A stretch of DNA of 64,000 nt from an uncultured Chloroflexia bacterium. GTDB lineage: Bacteria; Chloroflexota; Limnocylindria; Limnocylindrales; CSP1-4. Where the stretch lies: the NCBI GenBank assembly GCA_963763775.1, contig CAVXPZ010000001.1:451-64450 (forward strand). The letters are read 5' to 3'. Position 1 is the first letter of the stretch, and each line of letters starts with the position of its first letter. The notes below the pieces were generated by a model, which was not told the DNA's origin, did no database searches, and saw only the letters and a list, made by a program, of their open reading frames with translations. This document shows, piece after piece, positions 57,458 through 64,000 of the stretch. The translations under genes and the position numbers were made by a program.

Positions 57458-58402
57458 ATGACGGATCTCCTCGGATCGATCCTCGACCAGGTCAGCGCGA
57501 CCACGGTGATCGACATCGGGATCACCGCGCTCCTGATCTACTGGCTGTTCAGCCTCATCCGCGGGACTCGCGCGGTCCGGCTCGTGATCGGCGTCAGCGT
57601 CCTCATCCTCGTCTACGCACTGGCCGTGGCGTTCAACCTCGTCCTGCTCACCCGGATCCTCCAGGGTGGCGCGGTCGTCGGCCTGTTCGCGCTCGTCGTC
57701 GTCTTCCAGCCGGAGCTGCGCCGGGCCCTCGAGCGCATCGGTCGGGTGGGCTCGTTCGCCTGGCTGATCTCCCCATCGGAGGCCCGCGCCTCCAGCCACG
57801 TCGCGGCCGAGGTCGCGAAGGCCGCTGCAGGGCTGTCGGCTGACGGTCACGGCGCCCTGATGGTGATCGAGCGCGAGACCGGGCTCGAAGAGGTCGCTGA
57901 GACGGGCGTGATGATCCACGGCGACCTGTCGGCGGACCTCCTGCGGACCATCTTCTCGCCGAGGACCGCGCTCCACGACGGGGCCGTGATCGTCCGCGGC
58001 GACGCGATCCTCGCGGCCGGCGCCGTCCTGCCGCTCGCCGAGACCAGCATCCACTCCGAGCGGTTCGGGACGCGCCATCGCGCCGCGCTCGGGATCGCCG
58101 AGCAGACCGACGCGCTGGTCGTCGTGGTGTCCGAGGAGAACGGGCAGGTCAGCCTCGTCGAGCGGAGCCGGATCGTCCGGAACTTGAACGAGCCCCAGCT
58201 GGCGGCCGCACTGCGCACGCTCCTCGACCCGTCGACCGGGCGCCGGGGGAGCCTCGCGTGGCCATCCGGCGGGACCGGCGGTCGGGCCCCGAGGGTGGGT
58301 GACCTGGGCCGATTCGTCGGGCGGCCGCCGGCCGCACCGCCGCGGGCCGCGTCCGATGATCCGGACCAGCCGACCGCCGCGGCCGCTCAGGCGCCGCGGT
58401 GA
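57458..58402 (+). CDS. cdaA: Diadenylate cyclase CdaA (membrane-anchored DAC domain)
   Basis: Three N-terminal TM helices; DAC motifs GALMVIE, HDGAVIVRGD, GTRHRAALGI. Pro/Gly/Ala-rich tail of about 60 aa. Confidence 0.92.
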   Translation: MTDLLGSILDQVSATTVIDIGITALLIYWLFSLIRGTRAVRLVIGVSVLILVYALAVAFNLVLLTRILQGGAVVGLFALVVVFQPELRRALERIGRVGSFAWLISPSEARASSHVAAEVAKAAAGLSADGHGALMVIERETGLEEVAETGVMIHGDLSADLLRTIFSPRTALHDGAVIVRGDAILAAGAVLPLAETSIHSERFGTRHRAALGIAEQTDALVVVVSEENGQVSLVERSRIVRNLNEPQLAAALRTLLDPSTGRRGSLAWPSGGTGGRAPRVGDLGRFVGRPPAAPPRAASDDPDQPTAAAAQAPR

Positions 58403-59662
58403 CACGACTCCTCGGCGTCGTCGTCCACAATTGGCCTCTCAAGCTCGCGGCGATCGGGCTCGCGACCCTCCTGTACGCGGGTCTCGTCTTGTCCCAGGGC
58501 AGCCAGACCTTCACGGGCGTCATCCCGGTCAAGGTGGACAACCAGCCCAAGGACACGATCGTGCTCAAGACGATCGACCCGGTCACCGAAGTGCGCTACT
58601 TCTCGCCGTCCGGGGCGGTCCCGATCACCTCGACGTTCACCGCGACCGTCGACGTCAGCAACGTCGTGCCGGGGTCGGGACCGGTGTCCCTGCCCGTCGT
58701 GGTCACCTCCGTGGACAACCGGATCCAGGTCATCGGCTCGACGCCGGACAAGGTCACGGTCCAGCTCGACGCCCTGGTGACCCGGAACGACGTCCCCGTG
58801 CTCGTCGACTACGGCACGCCGCCGGAGGGATTCGAGGTCGGGCACCGTCGAGGTCACGCCGCCGACCGTGTCGGTCTCCGGTCCCGCGACGGTCGTCGAC
58901 CAGATCGTCGGGGTCCAGGGCAGCGTCCAGATCCAGGCGTCGGGCATCAGCGTCGACCAGGACGTCGCCCTCACCCCGATCGACAAGCTCGGCAACGCCG
59001 TGAGTCCGGTCAACGTCCAGCCTCGCACCGCCCGGGTGAAGATCCCCGTCTTCGAGAACCGCCAGTCTCGGACCCTGCCCGTGCGCCCCGTGATCACGGG
59101 GACGCCGGCCGCCGGCTTCGAGGTGGCGTCGGTCACCGTGCTGCCGACCGCCGTGACCGTCGAGGGCGGCGCCGAGCCGCTCTCCCAGCTCGCGGAGGCC
59201 GACACCGAGCCGGTGTCCGTCACGGGCGCCTCGAGCGATATCAAGACCAGCGTGGGTCTCGCGCTGCCCAGCGGGATCGTGCCGCTCGGCGATCCGCAGG
59301 TCACGGTGTCGGTGACCCTCCGGCCCGTCACCTCCACCCGGACCTTCGAGGCCGGGGTCACGCTGACCGGCACCAGGGAGGGGCTCGCCTACGACGTCCA
59401 GATCGACCGCGTCCTCGTGACGGTCGGCGGGTCCGTGGCGGACCTCGACCGGCTCGAGGGGGCCAACCTGGTCGCCGACCTCGACGTCAGCGCCCTCGAG
59501 CCCGGGACCTCGAACGTCCCGGTCACGCTGGACCTGCCCGCCGGGCTCACGCTCGTCTCGGCGAGCCCGCCGACCGTGCCCGTGACCGTCGTCGCCCTGC
59601 CGGGTGCGTCCGCGTCGCCGGCCGGGATCGTCGTGCCGTCCTCGTCCCCGGGCGGCGGTTGA
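58399..59662 (+). pseudogene. cdaR: CdaA regulator CdaR (YbbR-repeat protein), interrupted by one extra G in the run at 58840-58842 as written
   Basis: The N-terminal TM plus first YbbR repeat are in one frame up to PPEGFEVG. The continuation TVEVTPPTVSVSGPATVVDQI... (ORF 58868-59662) is in the next frame. Confidence 0.85.
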
Positions 59663-59664
59663 CG

Positions 59665-60996
59665 ATGGCCCGGCTCTTCGGCACCGACGGGATCCGCGGT
59701 GTCGCCAACGTCGACCTCAAGCCCACGCTCGCGTTCGCGCTCGGGCGCGCCACCGCCCATCGGCTGGTGGGGCCCGGCGGCGCTCTCGTCGTCGGACAGG
59801 ACACGCGCCGGTCGGGCGACATGTTCGTCGCGGCGATCGCCGCCGGCGCCAGCAGCCTCGGCGCGGAGGTCCACGTCGTCGGCGTCGTGCCGACGCCTGC
59901 CCTGGCGTTCCTGGCCGGGTCCGGGCCGTTCGCCGCGGGGATCATGGTGTCGGCCTCGCACAATCCGGCCGACGACAACGGCCTCAAGGTGCTCGACGGC
60001 AACGGCCTCAAGCTCGACGACGCCGTCGAGGACGAGCTCGAACAGCTCATCTGGACGGCCGACGACCTGGGCGGCGCCACGAATGCGGGCCTTGGCCGGA
60101 TCGTCGCGCGGCCGGACCTCGTGGACGCGTACCGGACCCACCGGCTGAGCCTCGCCGGAAGCGTCCATGCCGATGGCCATCGGCTCGTCCTCGACGGGGC
60201 CAACGGCTCGGGATCCGCACTGGGGCCGGAGATCCTGCGCGCGACCGGGGCCACGGTCGAGACGATCCACGTGGAACCGGACGGGATCAACATCAACGTC
60301 CGCTCGGGTGCCACGGATCCGGCGTCCCTCGCGGCGGCGGTCGTCGAGCGTGGCGCCGACGTCGGCTTCGCCCTCGACGGCGATGCCGACCGCCTCATCG
60401 CCGTCGACTCGACCGGACAGGTCGTGGATGGCGACCAGATCCTCGGGATCCTCGCGCTCGACCGGCTCGCGCGCGGCGTGCTGCCGGGCGGCGTGGTCGT
60501 CTCGGTGCTCTCGAACGGCGGCCTGCAGGCCGTGGTCGAGGCGGCCGGCGGCCAGGTCGTGCGGACCCCGGTCGGCGACAAGTACATCCTCGAAGGCATG
60601 CAGGTGTCCGGTGCCAGGCTGGGGGGCGAGAAGAGCGGCCACGTCATCGACCTGGACCACACGACGTCCGGTGACGGGATCGTCACCGCCCTTGAGGTCC
60701 TGCGCGTGATGACCGAGGCGGCCATCGGGCTCGGGGCGCTCGCCGCGAGGATCCCGATGCTCCCGCAGCAACAGCGGGCGGTGAAGGCGCGTCACAAGGA
60801 CCAGTGGGAGGCCGACCGGGCGCTCCAGACCGCCATCGCCGATGCCGCCGCGCGGCTCGGATCGACCGGTCGGGTGCTCGTCCGGCCGTCCGGCACGGAA
60901 CCGGCGCTGCGCGTCATGGTCGAGGGCCCGGACGCCGCCTTGGTCGTCGAACTCGCCGACGCGCTCGCGACATTGGCGGGGGAGCGACTAAACTAG
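59665..60996 (+). CDS. glmM: Phosphoglucosamine mutase
   Basis: MARLFGTDGIRGVAN; active-site SASHNPADDNG. Confidence 0.96.
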   Translation: MARLFGTDGIRGVANVDLKPTLAFALGRATAHRLVGPGGALVVGQDTRRSGDMFVAAIAAGASSLGAEVHVVGVVPTPALAFLAGSGPFAAGIMVSASHNPADDNGLKVLDGNGLKLDDAVEDELEQLIWTADDLGGATNAGLGRIVARPDLVDAYRTHRLSLAGSVHADGHRLVLDGANGSGSALGPEILRATGATVETIHVEPDGININVRSGATDPASLAAAVVERGADVGFALDGDADRLIAVDSTGQVVDGDQILGILALDRLARGVLPGGVVVSVLSNGGLQAVVEAAGGQVVRTPVGDKYILEGMQVSGARLGGEKSGHVIDLDHTTSGDGIVTALEVLRVMTEAAIGLGALAARIPMLPQQQRAVKARHKDQWEADRALQTAIADAAARLGSTGRVLVRPSGTEPALRVMVEGPDAALVVELADALATLAGERLN

Positions 60997-61073
60997 CCCG
61001 CGGTGCCCACCCATCGGCGTCACCACGGCCCGCCGACCTCGGAGCGGCAGGGCGAACGGAGGACTTGACCCGG

Positions 61074-62906
61074 ATGTGCGGCATCGTCGGCTACACCGGT
61101 CCGCGTGAGGCGGGCCCGCTCCTCATCGAGGGGCTCAAGCGACTCGAATACCGCGGGTACGACTCGGCGGGGATCGCCCTGGTCGACGACTCGGGCGACC
61201 TCTTCGTCGAGAAGCGCGCCGGCAAGCTCGCCAACCTCCAGACGGCGATCGCCGACCGGACGCCGCACGCCGCGATCGGGCTGGCCCACACCCGATGGGC
61301 GACGCACGGTCGTCCCAACGACCTCAATGCGCATCCGCATCAGGACTGCACGGGCGAGATCACCGTGATCCACAACGGGATCATCGAGAACTTCCGCGAG
61401 CTCCGGGACGGGCTCGAGGCCCGCGGCCACAAGCTGACGTCGGAGACCGACACCGAAGCCCTGGCCCACCTGATCGAGGAGGCCTACGACGGCGACCTCG
61501 CGGAGGCCGTCCGGCACGCCCTCCGCCGCGTCGACGGGGCGTACGCGATCGTCGTCATGCACCGCGCCGAGGGCGACCGGCTCGTCGGCGCCCGCCAGGA
61601 CGTGCCGCTCATCGTCGGCCTGGCCGACGGCGAGGCGTTCCTCGCGTCGGACGTGGCCGCGATCCTCGCGCACACGGACCAGATCGTGTTCCTCGAGGAG
61701 GGCGATGTCGCCGACCTGCGGCCGTGGGGCGTCACCATCACGGACATCCATGGCGCGCCGCGCGAGCGGCCGGTGACGACCATCGACTGGTCGCCCGAGG
61801 CCGCCGAGAAGGGCGGCTACGAGCACTTCATGCTCAAGGAGATCCACGAGCAGCCCGAAGCGATCGCGCAGTCCCTGACGGGCCGCGTGACCCGGGACGG
61901 CCGCATCCACGTCGAGGAGCTCGCCGGGATGGCGGACATCCTGCGCTCCATCGATCGGATCGAGCTGGTGGCCTGCGGGACGGCGTTCTACGCGTCGTTG
62001 ATCGGGGCCGCGGCGATCCAGGCCTGGACGGGCATCCCGGCCCGCGCGACGGTCGGCTCGGAGTTCCGGTACAGCCCGCCGCCGCTGGACGGACGCACGC
62101 TGGTGATCGCGGTGACGCAGTCCGGCGAGACCGCCGACACCATCGCCCCCATCCGGCTCGCCCGCGAGCGTGGCTGCCCGATCGTGGCGGTGACCAACAC
62201 GGTCGGCTCCGCGATCACCCGCGAGGCCGACGCGGTCCTGTTCCTGCAGGCCGGACCCGAGATCGCGGTCGCCGCGTCCAAGACCTTCGTCACCCAGGTG
62301 ACGACCCTGATCGTGCTGGCGGCCGCCATCGCGAGCACCCGCGGCACGATGGACGAGGCGCGCGAGCTTGAGCTCGGGGTCGCGCTGCGCGCCCTTCCGG
62401 CCGCCGCCGCCCGCGTCGTGGCCTCCGCGTCCGAGCAGACACCGGCGCTCGCTCGCCGCTATGTCAACTCCCGCGGGTTCATGTTCATCGGTCGCGGCTA
62501 CGGGTATCCCGCGGCCCTCGAAGGCGCCCTCAAGCTCAAGGAGGTCAGCTACGTGCACGCCGAGGGCTACGCCGCCGGCGAGCTCAAGCACGGCCCGATC
62601 TCCCTGCTCGACGCCGAGTGCCCCCTCGTGGCGGTGGCGACGCGGTCGTCCGTCTACGACAAGGTCATCAGCAACGTCATGGAGGGCCGCGCCCGCGACG
62701 CGCGGGTGATCGCGGTCGCGACCGAGGGGGACGTGCAGATCGAGCGGTTCGCCGACGACGTCTGCTGGGTGCCCGACACGCACGAGGCACTGTCGCCGAT
62801 CCTCGCGGTCATCCCCCTGCAGCTGTTCGCCTACCACGTGGCGGTCGCGCGCGGCACGGACGTCGACCAGCCGCGGAACCTGGCCAAGTCGGTGACGGTC
62901 GAGTAG
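61074..62906 (+). CDS. glmS: Glutamine--fructose-6-phosphate aminotransferase
   Basis: MCGIVGY N-terminal nucleophile; two SIS domains; ends ...DQPRNLAKSVTVE. Confidence 0.96.
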   Translation: MCGIVGYTGPREAGPLLIEGLKRLEYRGYDSAGIALVDDSGDLFVEKRAGKLANLQTAIADRTPHAAIGLAHTRWATHGRPNDLNAHPHQDCTGEITVIHNGIIENFRELRDGLEARGHKLTSETDTEALAHLIEEAYDGDLAEAVRHALRRVDGAYAIVVMHRAEGDRLVGARQDVPLIVGLADGEAFLASDVAAILAHTDQIVFLEEGDVADLRPWGVTITDIHGAPRERPVTTIDWSPEAAEKGGYEHFMLKEIHEQPEAIAQSLTGRVTRDGRIHVEELAGMADILRSIDRIELVACGTAFYASLIGAAAIQAWTGIPARATVGSEFRYSPPPLDGRTLVIAVTQSGETADTIAPIRLARERGCPIVAVTNTVGSAITREADAVLFLQAGPEIAVAASKTFVTQVTTLIVLAAAIASTRGTMDEARELELGVALRALPAAAARVVASASEQTPALARRYVNSRGFMFIGRGYGYPAALEGALKLKEVSYVHAEGYAAGELKHGPISLLDAECPLVAVATRSSVYDKVISNVMEGRARDARVIAVATEGDVQIERFADDVCWVPDTHEALSPILAVIPLQLFAYHVAVARGTDVDQPRNLAKSVTVE

Positions 62907-62908
62907 GG

Positions 62909-63508
62909 ATGCCCACCGGCGACCCGACCGCCGCGTCCGCGCCCGCCGCCGGGGCGGTCCCCGCCGGCACGACCGAGCTCGGGATCGACATCATCAAGGT
63001 CGACCGGATCCGCGAGACCATCGCGCGATTCGGGGCGCGCTTCTCCTCCCGCGTCCTGACGCCCGCCGAGCAGCGCTACGTCCGGGATCGCCCCGAGACC
63101 TTCGCCGGCCGCTGGGCCGCCAAGGAGGCCGTGTCCAAGGTCCTCGGACTTGGCGTGCGAGGGATCGGCTGGCGCGACATCGAGGTGGAGCGCCTGCCCA
63201 CGGGACAGCCCGCCATCCGGCTGCACGGCCGGGCGGCCGCGCGAGCCGAACAACTCGGGATGGGCCGCATCGCCGTCTCGATCAGCCACGAATCCGACTA
63301 TGCGGTGGCGATCGCGTACGGCATCCGCACCACCGGCGGCCGCTTCCTGTTCCCGCCCGACATCGAGGAACGGCTCGATGATCGCGAGCGGCAGATCCTC
63401 GCCCGGATCGAGCGCTTGCGGGACCTCGCGGAATCCGCCGGGGCGGGGGCCCTGGCATCGGATGCGCCACGACCCCCAGACGACGGCACCGGGAACGGTC
63501 GTGCCTGA
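62909..63508 (+). CDS. acpS: Holo-[acyl-carrier-protein] synthase with N- and C-terminal extensions
   Basis: Core LGIDIIKVDRIRETI...FAGRWAAKEAVSKVLG...ISHESDYAVA; 199 aa in total. Confidence 0.88.
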   Translation: MPTGDPTAASAPAAGAVPAGTTELGIDIIKVDRIRETIARFGARFSSRVLTPAEQRYVRDRPETFAGRWAAKEAVSKVLGLGVRGIGWRDIEVERLPTGQPAIRLHGRAAARAEQLGMGRIAVSISHESDYAVAIAYGIRTTGGRFLFPPDIEERLDDRERQILARIERLRDLAESAGAGALASDAPRPPDDGTGNGRA

Positions 63509-64000
63509 GCGCGGCCCGGTCGGGTTCGGCCGGCGGTCCACCGACGACCCGGTCGCCGCTGACGCCGCGGCCACGGCCCCCGTCCCGGATGGCGCCGTGA
63601 AGCTCGACGACGACGCGGTCGGGGCGTTACTGCCGGAGCGGCCGGCGCGCGGGCACAAGGGCTCGTTCGGCAAGCTCCTCGTGATCGCCGGATCGCTCGA
63701 TTACGCAGGGGCGGCGCTCCTCGTGTGCCGTGCGGCGGGGCGTGCCGGGGCGGGCCTCGTGACGCTCGCGGTACCGGAGTCCCTGCAGCCGCTGTTCGCC
63801 GCGAAGGTGGTCGAGGCGACGACGATGGGACTCCCCGAGGACGACGTCGAGGAGATCGACCCGGAGCCGGCGCTCGCCCGGGTCCTGGACCACGAGCACG
63901 ATGCGATCGTCGTGGGGCCCGGCCTGCGACCCGGTCTGGCGACCGCCGAGCTCGTCCGGCTCCTGCTGGCCACCGAGGGCACCGATCCCGCCCCGATCGT
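63501..64000 (+). CDS. nnrD: NAD(P)H-hydrate dehydratase (YjeF C-terminal / carbohydrate-kinase type), 3' end beyond the window
   Basis: Hand translation from GTG 63501 (8-nt overlap with acpS): ...LPERPARGHKGSFGKLLVIAGSLDYAGAALLVCRAAGRAGAGLVTLAVPE... No N-terminal epimerase domain is present. Confidence 0.8.
   Translation, partial: MPERGPVGFGRRSTDDPVAADAAATAPVPDGAVKLDDDAVGALLPERPARGHKGSFGKLLVIAGSLDYAGAALLVCRAAGRAGAGLVTLAVPESLQPLFAAKVVEATTMGLPEDDVEEIDPEPALARVLDHEHDAIVVGPGLRPGLATAELVRLLLATEGTDPAPI

Noticed and set aside
60997-61073. glmS ribozyme upstream of glmS
   Set aside because: The glmM-glmS spacer is only 77 nt, and I do not see the conserved ribozyme core. It is too short for the element, which as I recall is considerably longer than this spacer.

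Overview
Very GC-rich bacterial chromosome segment made up almost entirely of core information-processing genes. All of them are on the + strand except one DNA glycosylase gene. Order: 16S (5'-truncated) - tRNA-Ile - tRNA-Ala - 23S - 5S; a LysM membrane protein; fpg/nei (minus strand); rpsA; clpC-radA-yacL-ispDF-cysS-rlmB; tRNA-Thr/Tyr/Thr - tuf - rpmG - tRNA-Trp - secE-nusG-rplKAJL-rpoBC; rpsL-rpsG-fusA-tuf; the complete S10/spc/alpha ribosomal operons; truA-rplM-rpsI; argF; a TPR protein; cdaA-cdaR-glmM-glmS; acpS; and the start of an NAD(P)HX dehydratase gene. The long-range gene order is strikingly Bacillus-like despite the GC content. I see no transposase, integrase, CRISPR array, defence, toxin-antitoxin or secondary-metabolite genes, and I cannot support a claim of a novel multi-gene system here. 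Five things deserve a second look. (1) Five, possibly six, single-base reading-frame breaks sit in otherwise intact housekeeping genes: rlmB, fusA, rplO (possibly twice), truA and cdaR. The simplest explanation is indel errors in the sequence, but this must be verified. (2) There is a perfect 1,210-bp direct repeat of tuf, 16.6 kb apart, bracketing rpoBC. (3) A conserved element occurs three times, each starting immediately after the stop codon of the last gene of a ribosomal-protein transcription unit. (4) Translation-related proteins carry long low-complexity extensions: an 11 x 22-aa acidic repeat on S1, an RG/PG-rich N-terminus plus an Ala/Lys/Pro-rich C-terminus on RlmB, and tails on L15 and S17. 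(5) There is a roughly 200-aa coiled-coil-like insertion in RpoC and a Cys4 motif in L24. All coordinates and motifs were read by eye from the sequence and ORF track. No database search was possible.
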